Notes under the pieces: model-generated | Told to the model about the DNA's origin: nothing | Seen by the model: the letters and a program-made list of their open reading frames with translations, nothing else | Database searches by the model: none | Translations under genes and position numbers: made by a program | Shown: one piece after another, positions 48,401 through 57,929 of the stretch | Layout: each line of letters begins with the position of its first letter | How positions within the stretch are numbered: position 1 is the stretch's first letter | DNA from: Azolla caroliniana | Taxonomy: Eukaryota; Plantae; Polypodiophyta | NCBI GenBank assembly: GCA_043228905.1 | Contig: JBHGNT010000008.1 | Span: forward strand, 5,518,001-5,582,000 | Direction: 5' to 3' | DNA: 64,000 nt

Positions 48401-51238
48401 GGGCTGGACCCTCAATTATATCAGCATCAGATCCACTTAGGCAAGGACGCGAAACCAGTGGCGCAACGACGCTACCGAATGAACCCCAACTACGCCGCCA
48501 AAGTGAAGGAGGAAATCGACAAACTCCTAAGAGTGGGCTTCATCCGGCCGGTAAAGAAAGCGACGTGGCTGAGCCCCATCGTCGTCGTTCCCAAGAAGAA
48601 CGGTAAAATCCGTGTGTGTGTAGATTACAGGAAACTAAATGCCGCCACAATTACGGATGCATTCCCTCTTCCGTTCATGGACGGAGTACTGGATGCCGTT
48701 GCCGGTCATGAAGTTTATAGCTTTCTAGACGGGTTCAGCGGGTACAATCAAATTCGGATGCACCCGGACGACCAGGAGAAGACAGCGTTCGTCACCGAAT
48801 GGGGGGTGTTTGTGGCCGAAGTCATGATGTTCGGCCTAAAAATGGCACCAGCAACTTTCCAGCGAATCATCATGGAGATCTTCGGCGAATACATTCCTGC
48901 CTTCATGCAAGTTTTCCTGGATGATTTTGCAGTCTATAGCCGGGGAAAAGACCATTTGCAGCACCTACGGTTATGCCTTGAAAAGTGTAGGTTATACCGG
49001 CTAAGCTTAAACCCAGCAAAATGCATCTTTGGAGTTTCAAGTGGAATATTGCTGGGACACATTGTAAGTAAGGAGGGCATTGCGGTCGACCCGGACAAAG
49101 TAAACGCCATACTAGGGGCACCGGCGCCGAAAACGGCCAAAGCACTAAGCCGATTCTTAGGACAGATTCGGTGGCACAGCCGGATGCTCCGTCACTTGGC
49201 GGACTTGGCTACACCATTACACACCGCGGTACATCGGACACCGTTCCAATGGACGGATACGGAGGATAAGCCATACAATGCCCTGAAGGTACTTTTATCG
49301 CAAGCACCCGTCGTGCAGCCTCCGGATTGGAGCAAGGAATTTCACGTGTTCGTGGACGCGTCCGACATCGCTATTGGCAGCGCCTTAATGCAGCTTACGG
49401 AGCCCAAATGGTACCGGCCGGTATATTACGCCAGCCGGAAGCTGTCCCAAGCAGAGAAGAACTATTCAACGACGGAACGGGAGGCCCTGGGCATGATCTA
49501 CAGTGTCACAAAGTTTCGGCACTACCTATTGGGAAGGAAGTTCTCCTTTCATGTGGATCACTCGGCGCTTCTGTACTTAGTGTCCAAGGCGTCCCTAACC
49601 GGTAAGTTGGCCCGTTGGACCTTGCTGTTGCAGGAGTTCGAATTCGAGATCTTCCACCGGCCCGGTATCCAGCATGTCGTAGCGGACTATTTGAGTCGGT
49701 TAGAGTCCGGACAAGCAGGCGACGGAGTAGCGGATGAATTCCCGGACGCAGAGTTATTCCGTATTACCCCGGAAACGGCAGCAGACGACACGGTGGCATC
49801 AGAAGATAGGTGGCTGACAAACATGCACCAGTTCCTAAGCACGGGCCTGCCACCGGAGGAAATGAACCGGGACGAGAGGAAACGACTGGCGGTGCAGAGC
49901 CGCAATTTCTGTCTATTACGGGACACTCTCTACCACAAGGGAGCAGATGGAATATGGAGACGGGCAGTCCGAAGTGACGAGAAAGAAGTAATCTTACGGG
50001 AAGCACACTGTGGGGTTGCCGGAGGACACTATGCCGGGGAAGCGACGGCGAGGAAAGTATGGCAGAGCGGCTTGTGGTGGCCCACGACGTTAAAAGACGC
50101 CGTCAAATATGCTAAGGAATGTGACCTATGCCAACGAATGGGCCAGCCTACGGAGCAAGCACGGATGCCACACCAACCGGTACTTCCACTAGAGCCATTC
50201 CAGAAGTGGGGGTTGGATTTTGTCGGACCGTTCAAGCCACCGGCAATGAGAACGGGTAACCGTTATGTCATCGTGGCAACGGATTATTGCACTAAATGGG
50301 TGGAGGCTAAGGCCTTGAGAGACAATACCGCATCATCCACAGCAAAATTCCTTTACGAGAACATTTGGTGCCGATATGGATGTCCGATTGAACTAATCAG
50401 TGACCAAGGAGGGCACTTCCTCGGCCAGGTAGTGAAAAGCTTAACAACGTTCTATGCCGTGGTTCATAAACGGAGCACACCGTACTACCCACAGGCGAAC
50501 GGATTAGCGGAGTCCACCAACAAAACTCTGCAGAACATTCTCCGCAAAATCGTCAACGAAAACCGAACGGACTGGGATACAAAGCTTCATAGCGCGCTAT
50601 GGGCGTACAGAACGGCATACAAAACAAGTATCCGGACAACGCCGTTCCGGTTAGCATTCGGCTTAGAAGCGGTCATGCCGGTCGAGTTTCAGGTACCAAG
50701 CTTACGGATCCAACTACGGGAACGGCTGAATGAAAAGAAGTCGGAGGAAATGCGGCTAGCAGCACTATGCGAACTGGAGGAGCAACGGCTGGCCAGCATC
50801 CTCCACATGGAACTGGAGCAACGACGACGGAAAGCGTTCGTTGACCATCACCGGAAAGGTAACGAAAAGATGTTCGAAATCGGAAAGCCGGTTCTAGTAT
50901 TCCAAACGAGGATGGGCAAAATGCCGGGTAAACTACGGTTCAGATGGACAGGCCCGTATTGGCTGACACGGGAATACAACGGGTCCTATCAGATAGGGAC
51001 ACTTGCCGGGGAAGTACTAGGCAAGTGGGTGAATGGATTTCGACTAAAGCCCTATAAAGGACCGATGCCAAAGAACCCGTTTATACAGCTCACCGGCACT
51101 ATACCGGGAACCTGTCCGGGATCGGTACGGATCGATCCGGAAGAAAAAGACGACGGGGAACCCGTAGTAGAGACGAAGGAAGACACGGCAACCCGTAAGG
51201 AAAACGGTCAGGGTCCGAAGGGACCTACGGATGTGTAA
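45422..51238 (+). CDS. Gag-PR-RT-RNaseH-INT polyprotein (1938 aa)
   Basis: Three CCHC knuckles; VIDGGSGVN; FLDGFSGYNQI; VFLDDF; VDASDIAIG..NYSTTERE; HCG..GH..C..C; WGLDFVGP; WTGPY; no chromodomain and no extra RNaseH. Confidence 0.96.
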   Translation: MTRPTHDLGTDRARRLAERQRRRETFQQAAQEIRSDRSFSNEIRRVAEESLRLRQTRDQDDGSSLSSLRETERLLEALASGENEAEAFSAYESDSEGGYSVHTNYRSSNDTPGGPEDDGSDTVPTPEPEPRNQGYPEPQTEAVNPPTPEVEEAKPPTPTKEPAKGPEKEPEKEPEKYQQTPLKRGLILDDDMPFQYSKYRDDPDAEAHVDDFEQTWEANHTSQRMTPEEEERSKIAEFGVTLEGPATRWRRSQDPATITTFAELKAKFLHFFHKEVDQTTMVGLFYTIRQEAGESIPQFVIRFQRMHSQLARAPPEEELRTIFLNALREPLRTVCTVIDFRGCTIDQVIDRVREMEKTSSWLTLGTLQRALPTEEDLRFRQAIQCTICLNAGHSAVECTMRTQCVICQSKSHTTDRCEYNLLNRQAPPVRRIEPRSSQDEDEDRWQKMDRYRPAQDVRYGDRQDNDGRYGNRRDNYDRYDRSDRYREPNRRHEQYDRDHSPGYRRHQEDYGRFYDPARPDYRNKNKNNKKRNFKKGGHRRDPEHGTPRSQPAQNAPLATGPTPATSNAESSNTRKEYCYYCRQEGHYSNQCPVKSYEKRPAVNMVVPEVADLQQVTTRSKGIAKEWETQEAIRKQATEWVKEANEKNVADAERQKANTIGSAGGSHPENETWQALQECQITLPLGRLLQLVPRFTEGLKTGMTDGIAPPAPVLFSNPEEGPTVVDTSSPVITAIVKGHELPGTVIDGGSGVNVISLRTCDALGIHEWEPCPFWLRMADTSSVRPTGLIRKLEVTIGGHTFHISAVVLQLQAQGAYPLLLGRPWLKTAHIKQNWRKNMITFRRGKAKVRVPTQPRTSNGKECTPLYAECVNMLEGLADDEEAQYLEEHPKIVPLFEIDVAEAVAPYLPQRDDTEAEPDKDAIRELRQAQEALEREMAVSQRVKTSQLDEVNLGSKDESKPVHIAKEMKPEDKAAMIKLLTEFRDVFAWSYEDMRGLDPQLYQHQIHLGKDAKPVAQRRYRMNPNYAAKVKEEIDKLLRVGFIRPVKKATWLSPIVVVPKKNGKIRVCVDYRKLNAATITDAFPLPFMDGVLDAVAGHEVYSFLDGFSGYNQIRMHPDDQEKTAFVTEWGVFVAEVMMFGLKMAPATFQRIIMEIFGEYIPAFMQVFLDDFAVYSRGKDHLQHLRLCLEKCRLYRLSLNPAKCIFGVSSGILLGHIVSKEGIAVDPDKVNAILGAPAPKTAKALSRFLGQIRWHSRMLRHLADLATPLHTAVHRTPFQWTDTEDKPYNALKVLLSQAPVVQPPDWSKEFHVFVDASDIAIGSALMQLTEPKWYRPVYYASRKLSQAEKNYSTTEREALGMIYSVTKFRHYLLGRKFSFHVDHSALLYLVSKASLTGKLARWTLLLQEFEFEIFHRPGIQHVVADYLSRLESGQAGDGVADEFPDAELFRITPETAADDTVASEDRWLTNMHQFLSTGLPPEEMNRDERKRLAVQSRNFCLLRDTLYHKGADGIWRRAVRSDEKEVILREAHCGVAGGHYAGEATARKVWQSGLWWPTTLKDAVKYAKECDLCQRMGQPTEQARMPHQPVLPLEPFQKWGLDFVGPFKPPAMRTGNRYVIVATDYCTKWVEAKALRDNTASSTAKFLYENIWCRYGCPIELISDQGGHFLGQVVKSLTTFYAVVHKRSTPYYPQANGLAESTNKTLQNILRKIVNENRTDWDTKLHSALWAYRTAYKTSIRTTPFRLAFGLEAVMPVEFQVPSLRIQLRERLNEKKSEEMRLAALCELEEQRLASILHMELEQRRRKAFVDHHRKGNEKMFEIGKPVLVFQTRMGKMPGKLRFRWTGPYWLTREYNGSYQIGTLAGEVLGKWVNGFRLKPYKGPMPKNPFIQLTGTIPGTCPGSVRIDPEEKDDGEPVVETKEDTATRKENGQGPKGPTDV

Positions 51239-51624
51239 GGTCACACACCGTCATTAAATAAAAAAAAAAATAAAAAAAAAATTAAAAAAAAAAAAAATCA
51301 TTAAAAATCGAGGTATGAACGGGTGTGAAAGCAAGGCGCGAAAAGGTACGTAGTGGGCATTTAAGAGACGCCACGCTACTTAATACTAAATTGGTACACG
51401 ACGTGTGCATGCTCGAAAAAGGCGCCAAAACGCACAAAGAAGAAGCAGAACGCATGGAGACCTTTTCATTTCGCGAGCCAAGAAGCACAGAAGCACCAAG
51501 GCAGTGGAAGCTGAGCAAACGCGAACCTGCACGCAGAGAACCCCCGCGCTCAGAACGCTCTCTCTCTCGCTCTCACTCTCATCACCACTCTACCTCGCCA
51601 TCTTCCCTCGACCTTGAAGCAGAC

Positions 51625-54303
51625 ATGGAACCACAAACGCTGTCGGAAGCGGCCAGGAAATGGTTCAGGCAAAACGGACTGGAGGGGTTCTTGGCCATCA
51701 TGGAGGCACCGCCGCACAGAGAAGCCGATCGGGTCATCAAGGAGCTCGCCACAGAGGTCATCACCGAGGAAGCGATCCGCGCGCTAACAGGCCTTCCGGA
51801 GGGAGGAATCTTTCAGATCGATAACCCAACCTCGGAGCAACTCATCCGATATTTCGGTGAGTACTCTGTTGCCGGCAAAGGCTATCGGACGCAGGGCGGC
51901 GAAGATCCGCTATTCAGGGAGATAGCTCGAGTGCTCCATGAGTACGGTCACGTATACCCCCGACCCCCTGTCATGCCAAAAAATCGGGCAGGGATGATCA
52001 TAGCCACCTATGAAGGGATCAAGGTGGACTGGCCGGTGTTGATTGCAGACGGGTTGTGCATGGCAATCGACATGGTACGAGGGAAGGACGGCAAGGAGGG
52101 CCGGAAGCTCTGGCACGTCGTAGCTCAATGGATAACATTGCTCGTGCCGCCGGTCGACACCGTCCAGCCAAAGAAGCGGCCAAGAGTATCGGAAGGAAGC
52201 ACCTCGAAGCCGACGTCCAAACGTCAGCAGCTACTGGCGTCGAAGGCGACGAAAGGGAAGAAACGGGTCCCAGAACCGGAGGAGGTGTCACCGGTCCGAC
52301 CCGTCAAGATAACCTTACGGAGACCGGGACAGAAGGAACCGGAACCCTTGACGGCACAGAAACATGCCGTGACACAGGAAGAGGAAACGGAGGAGCCAGA
52401 AGAGCACCTCCAACGACGGTCAAGAAGTAGGACCGCCGAAACAGGAGGGGAGCGGTCGTACCCGCGAGAGGCAGAAACGCCCCCAACTCAACCTGAGCAA
52501 ACCACAAGGGAAGAACCGGAACCGGTGCGTAGGGAACCGGTCTTGTCGACTTCTATAGAAGAAGTCAGTCCAACGGCTCCGGAGACGGCGAGAACCGGAA
52601 CTCAACAGCCGGCGAGCCCAGCCAGAGCACACGGCGGCCAAGGAGTAGAACCAGAACGGCATATGCAGGCACTCAGGCCAGACAAGTCCACAGTGAATGA
52701 GCCGACCCGACCAGTACAGCAACAAGGCACCAGTAGCATGTGGCTACGGTGGGTAGGCGAGGAAATCGCCGGAGTGGTCGAGTATATAGAGGCGGAAGAG
52801 AGAGCGCACCAGGAACGGTTGCTCGTCACAACCGTAGATCTAGAGACGGCCCGGTCCAGAATCCGAAGCCTTGAACAAGACTTGGACAGGGTAACAAGGG
52901 AAACACAAGTCCAAGCACCGGTGACTCCGGGCAATGTACAGAATAAAGTGTCAGATCAACCTGTACATAGCAATCAGACCCCGGCAACGGAAACCGTTCC
53001 GGAGAGAAATGCGGCACAAGCCCAAGAGCTTGCGGATTTAAAGGATGAGCTTGCTGCCCAAGAAGCGCTGAGGAGCCGCGAAAGAGAACTGAAGACGGCA
53101 GCGGAGGCAGAACTCAAAAAGACTGCTGAGAATCTACGCCGGGCCGAGGAGAGCTTACGGAAAGGCCACCAAGCGTACGACCGGCTCAAGGAAGAGAAGG
53201 AGAAGATGCTGCAAGAGAAGGAGAGACTCCGGAGGAACGCCGAAACAGAAGTAGAGCGCCTGAAAGAGGAACTCCGGCAGGTAAAGGACCGGGAGGACCG
53301 GAACCATCGCCAGATCAACGGCAAGCTCAAACTAAAAACAGAGGAATTTGAGAACTTGCACCGGGAGTATAAACGGTTGCAAACGGAGCACAAGGAACGG
53401 ATGGATGAGCTCCGGCAAGCAGTTGATCGGACCGCAACCGCATTCGCCAAGGAACAAGCGGAAAACAGAAGTCGGTTGGAAGAGGCGGAGAAGGTTCGGA
53501 CAGAGCTCCTGAGGCAAAAGCAGGCGGAAAAAGAAAGAGCGGCGGAGGTACTGCAGAGGCTGCAAACGACATATCAAGGGCAGCTGACGCGCTACAGAGA
53601 GCAGGCGGAGGATACGTCAAATCTCATCAAGCAGTTGAAGGAGGAGCGACAAGTGGTGGAAAGCAGAGCACAAATGGGAGCAAGTCGCATCCAGGATATC
53701 ATGCGGGCCTGGTTGAACCAGACCAAGAGCTTGATTGACAACGGCTCCGTCAAATGGTGGACCAAGTGGGCCACGAACGCGGCGGAACTCCAGTTGCTCC
53801 GGGCTGACGTAGAGAACCGGCGGAAGGAGGGAGAGGATTGCTATATGCTGACTTCCGAAGACTTCACCGGCATAAGAGATGAGCTTGCCGAAGACTTTCA
53901 AGCCTTGGCAGAGGACCAACTAGAGCAAGTCCGGCAACTTGTAGCTCAGCTGGACGACGACAGGCTGGAGGCGCAGATCCAGTTTGAAAGCTACGAGAGG
54001 TCCCGGATCCGGGGAGAGAAAGAACGAGAACCAGTTACGGTCAACCTCAGTGATGAGGAACCGTTACTGGAAGGAGACCGGACCGGAAGCAGTCAAACGG
54101 AGATGCCGGAGCCAGAGAGACAAACGGAGCAGCCGGAGTCAGCGAAACAAATGGAGCAGCAGCAGCAAGCAGAGCAGCCGGAGCAGCCTCAGTCCCAACC
54201 TCAACCACAGCAGCAGCAGGAAGCACAGCCGCAACAACCCCAACCGGAAGAACAAGTGGAAATTCTTGAACCAAGTATTTTGGACAATTTGGGTGAACAA
54301 TGA
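51625..54303 (+). CDS. Extra 3' ORF (~892 aa from ATG 51625; open from 51325): helical N-domain, NLS-like motifs, long coiled coil, Q/P/E-rich tail
   Basis: Uninterrupted ORF between pol and the 3' LTR; ITEEAIRALTGLP and KVDWPVLI motifs; PKKRPR and KGKKR; no obvious signal peptide or TM helix; start codon inferred. Confidence 0.85.
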   Translation: MEPQTLSEAARKWFRQNGLEGFLAIMEAPPHREADRVIKELATEVITEEAIRALTGLPEGGIFQIDNPTSEQLIRYFGEYSVAGKGYRTQGGEDPLFREIARVLHEYGHVYPRPPVMPKNRAGMIIATYEGIKVDWPVLIADGLCMAIDMVRGKDGKEGRKLWHVVAQWITLLVPPVDTVQPKKRPRVSEGSTSKPTSKRQQLLASKATKGKKRVPEPEEVSPVRPVKITLRRPGQKEPEPLTAQKHAVTQEEETEEPEEHLQRRSRSRTAETGGERSYPREAETPPTQPEQTTREEPEPVRREPVLSTSIEEVSPTAPETARTGTQQPASPARAHGGQGVEPERHMQALRPDKSTVNEPTRPVQQQGTSSMWLRWVGEEIAGVVEYIEAEERAHQERLLVTTVDLETARSRIRSLEQDLDRVTRETQVQAPVTPGNVQNKVSDQPVHSNQTPATETVPERNAAQAQELADLKDELAAQEALRSRERELKTAAEAELKKTAENLRRAEESLRKGHQAYDRLKEEKEKMLQEKERLRRNAETEVERLKEELRQVKDREDRNHRQINGKLKLKTEEFENLHREYKRLQTEHKERMDELRQAVDRTATAFAKEQAENRSRLEEAEKVRTELLRQKQAEKERAAEVLQRLQTTYQGQLTRYREQAEDTSNLIKQLKEERQVVESRAQMGASRIQDIMRAWLNQTKSLIDNGSVKWWTKWATNAAELQLLRADVENRRKEGEDCYMLTSEDFTGIRDELAEDFQALAEDQLEQVRQLVAQLDDDRLEAQIQFESYERSRIRGEKEREPVTVNLSDEEPLLEGDRTGSSQTEMPEPERQTEQPESAKQMEQQQQAEQPEQPQSQPQPQQQQEAQPQQPQPEEQVEILEPSILDNLGEQ

Positions 54304-54999
54304 AGGGGCCGAGAAGGGTTCGACGTACAAGGTACTGTCCCACGGGCGTGCCATGTGTTACCGGCCGGCAAGGAGTCCAAAATACGGAGTGAAGGAATTA
54401 ATTAGATGGTTGTAAATGAGCATAGTGTGGACGGACGGACTGGAAACGGTATGCCGTTCCAGATCCGGACGGATTCCGAATAGGTGCGAGAGGCACCGTT
54501 TTGTACTACGGGCCGGAAACCTATTTAAAGGCCCGGACCCCATTGTAATGACAGTGGATAATTAATAGAGCTTATGATGTTTGTACTTCTGTCTTGATTT
54601 CCGTTCTGTAATTACTGTTATATCTTACGCGTGTAATCAACCGAAGCATTCTAATCGTGTAACCTATGTAAGTCGGTGTAATCGTTGAATATTAATCCTA
54701 TGCCGTAATCACCCCTTTGGTGAAGTGTTTCCGTGACACCTTGTGTTAGGCCTTGTCCGGCTAAGAGAATAACAGGGAGAGAGAGTAGAGAGAGAGAATG
54801 ATGACAACAAGAAGTATATTATATGAAGGAAGATACAAGAATAGCTAGGAGGCTTACGACTGGCGTTGAACCGAATTGGTTCTGAATAATGCCATGTGCC
54901 TCTATTTATAGTACTCTCAGGAGTACTCCTGAAGTTTCTAGAATGTTCCAGAGTACACAAGCTCACGGGTTCGAATCCTTCTAGGGCCATATCATGACA

Positions 55000-55735
55000 C
55001 TTGTGAGTGCCCAATTTGTCGATCTAGACAGAGCACTGTAAATCATCAGAGCATGTATGCATATCCATGAGTGGTCTTTTAGATTCAGTATTGTGCACGA
55101 GAGAATCTGAGGCTATCTTCCACAATTATAAATGTGTCATGGTTTTATGACAATAATGTGGACCTAGTACATTTAGGTGGTGTCCAAATAAGTTGAGTAG
55201 TGAAATATTAATCCCTATCAAGTTATTAGGTGAACAACCCTTTCAAAGGAAAGTTGTGTAAACAAAAGGAGGTATCCTTTTGAAACAAGTTTGGAGATGA
55301 GATGAAATTTTTTCGGGTCTGGCCATGGTAAAGGTGAACATGATGGAGTAGGTGCAGTTATAAAGTGGACACTTACCCATGAACAACTAAAGGCAAATTA
55401 TGTGCATATGAATTGTGTAGCACGAGTAGTCGATTTTTTAAGAACGAATATGTCAACGAGTGCAACTAGTGTTTATTCCTCGCAGGTCTGAGATATCAAA
55501 CGCGTATTTTGGGAAGTGAGTATAGATGAAGTAAATTGGGAGAAGACATGGGAGTGCCAAGGAATTCCCGAATTTTGATTTCTCCATGCGGTTTGGGGTT
55601 ATTCTAGGTTGGATGGTCATTGCATTGCGGTTAGAGAATTAACATGTTTTTGCTTCCATTGTGTGCGAGCAAACTAGAGGCATTGTTTAAACAAAGCATA
55701 TATTAAGAATTGGGAGTATCATACATTGATCGATA
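55000..55735 (+). pseudogene. C-terminal fragment of a Sola2-like DDE/DDD transposase (inverted partner of 59845-61626)
   Basis: CECPICRS; LDSVLCTR..FHNYKC; FFGSGHGKGEHDGVGAVIK; RELTCFCFHC; stops and internal deletion. Confidence 0.7.
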
Positions 55736-55776
55736 AGGAAGAAACTAATGGAGAAACAAAAAACAAACAGGACTTT

Positions 55777-56475
55777 TGTTGGGAAACAGGTCCCTCTAGA
55801 TGGGAAGAACAACGGAATCAGTTGATGGCTGACTCGATCGAGGCCGAAAAATCTAATAATAATCAATTTGACTAATAACCGAAACAGTCGAAGCCGATTT
55901 GAGGCTATAATCATATATGAATATGAGTATAAATATACTTAGGGCAAGTAGTTAGTTGATTATTGATTATTATTGTTTTAAGAAGTTATAGTGAGTTGTT
56001 GCCTCTGTAACTAGGGGGGGAGAGAGTGACAAAGTGTGTGAGTAACTCTATAGTCGTCTGTGGACGAAGAAGAGCTCAAGGTCATTGCCTTGAAGTTTCT
56101 TGTTGTATTCCTCCCACCATAGTAATTTCTTGGAGTTTGTGGACTCCCGTAGTTTTTCCCAGTTCGGGTTTTCCACGTAAAACGTCTATTATCTCTGTTA
56201 TCTGTTATCTATTTTGTATGTGTATTGTCGACTTGATCTTTTTCACCCTCATACGTTTTTGTTTTCTATTTTGTCTATGTACTGTCAACTTGATCTTTTT
56301 CACCCTCATACGTTTTTGTTTTCTATTTTGTCTATGTACTGTCAACTTGATCTTTTTCACCCTCATACGTTTCTGTTTTCTATTTTGTCTATGTACTGTC
56401 AACTTGATCTTTTTCACGCCTTCAAGCAACATGGGTTTTTGACACTCCATTGTATTCCCGCATTATCGATACCAT
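55777..56475 (+). mobile_element. Solo LTR of the Copia-1/4/5 group, with a 57-bp tandem repeat (~3.5 copies, 56205-56420)
   Basis: Starts TGTTGGGAAACAGGTCCCTC; carries the shared 'cccgt.gtttttccc...gggttttccacgtaaa' motif; right end and TSD uncertain. Confidence 0.75.
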
Positions 56476-56789
56476 AGAATGAACCATATGTATCATACGT
56501 GCATTTGCATTCGAGAATGATTCAACAAACGTGTATGGTAAATCATCTCAAAGTTGGATTGGATTGACTAGGGTCTATATTATATATTGATTCACTCTCA
56601 ATCCCGATAAGTGGACTCTAATCCATTGTGAACCACCAACATAAGTATGGTTGCAATATTTGCATTGTATCACAAGCATACTTTTGGGATGCGAATCAAG
56701 AAATCTCTATCATCCTCACTTTAGAACTTTACAAAAAAATGAGTATGAACTATAGAGATTGAATCGAAATATGTCATTATAAATTATAA

Positions 56790-57835
56790 TCAAACGTTCA
56801 AAAACTCATAAAACGTATATTCGAGAATATGAAGAAAACATGACATAGGCAGTAGTAGCATAACAACTTACCATTAGGGTGACCTAATTTCTAATAACAA
56901 AGAAAGAAAAAAAAGAAACGATCAAAAACTACTAAAACGTACATTCGAGAATATGAAGAAAACATGACGTAGGCAATAGTAGCATAACAACTTACCACTA
57001 GGGTGACCTAATTTCTAATAAGAAAGAAAGAAAGAAAGAAAAAGGAACATGACACTAACATAAAATTTTGCCATGACATAAGCAGTAGTAGCATAACAAC
57101 TTACCACTCGGGTGAGCTAATTTCTAATAACAAAGAAAGAAAGAAAAAGAAGAAAAAGGAACATGACACTAACATAAAATTTTGCCATGACACTAACAAG
57201 AGGATATGACAAAGTTGGGAATTGAACCCAAGACACAAATAATAGTAGCACAACAACTTATCACTAGGTTGTGCTTAGTTCTAATATTAAAAAAATAAAA
57301 GAAAAAAACTATTATAACATTAACATAAAATTTTGCTATGACATGGTACTAATGAGTAAGAAAGAAAGAAAGAAAGATATATTAACGTCTTCTAAGGCCA
57401 AAATTGGCCCATGAGACAAATGGTGTACAACAAAAATGGGATATTTACCCATTCATCGAAAGTAAAAATAAAAATAAGATAAAATAGAGTTTAAGCTAAA
57501 TAGTTCTAAGAAAACAACAAACATGTTCTATATAAAAAACATGTTCTACAATGAGAATGATTCTATACTAGGCCTAATTTCATTTCCATCCAAGTCTCTC
57601 GAAGAGAAGCGGGGGGTCAAAGGGTTGCCATGTGGATGTGGCCCGTGGTCCCCATGTAAGAGGTACCCCAACCATAGCTTCGAGTCGACGTAGCTCACGT
57701 TCCCTTATCTTCTTAATCTTTTCTACTCCACGTTGACTTGTGTAAGAGAGAGAAAGAGATGAGAAAATTGGGAATGGAACCCAAGACATAGATAGCAATA
57801 GCGTGACTCCTTACCACTAGGGTGAGTTGAATTGT
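56790..57835 (-). repeat. Array of degenerate tRNA-like (A-box/B-box) units separated by A-rich spacers
   Basis: Minus-strand units CCTAGTGGTAAG...; two retain a GGGTTC.ATTCCC B-box (~57215 and ~57770). Confidence 0.6.
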
Positions 57836-57929
57836 AATGACAACAAATGAAAAAAAAAAATGAGCACGTATTTTTCCCATTTCAAACGTGTTCGTTTCCA
57901 AATGTTTGAATGCTTGCACGAACACGAAT

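Larger units (their letters stand above)
44952..54774 (+). mobile_element. Intact young non-chromoviral Gypsy (Athila/Selgy-like), 9823 bp, two ORFs
   Basis: 419-bp LTRs at 44952-45370 and 54356-54774 (2 mismatches seen); TSD GGGAG (44947-44951, 54775-54779); PBS TGGCGACCAC (tRNA-Arg-like) at 45377-45386. Confidence 0.97.
41892..54999 (-). mobile_element. 5' half of a Tcn1/sushi-like chromovirus: 5' LTR (44825-54999, split by the nested Gypsy), decayed gag, PR, RT and partial RNaseH
   Basis: PEG10/sushi-like gag with CLYCGGPGHIVVNC; LLDSGANSCFMD; RT FTKIDL and VYLDDL; RNaseH HPVAF..NYEIHD; LTR homologous to 59429-59844. Confidence 0.9.

Noticed and set aside
51256-51298. Poly(A) tract as a LINE or retrocopy tail
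   Set aside because: No TSD or upstream retrocopy; it is an internal spacer between pol and ORF2.
51325-54303. ORF2 as a retroviral env
   Set aside because: No signal peptide, TM helix or Cys-rich ectodomain visible.
45426-54415. Many short overlapping or antisense ORFs within the GC-rich elements
   Set aside because: Expected shadow ORFs of long GC-rich reading frames; no motifs.
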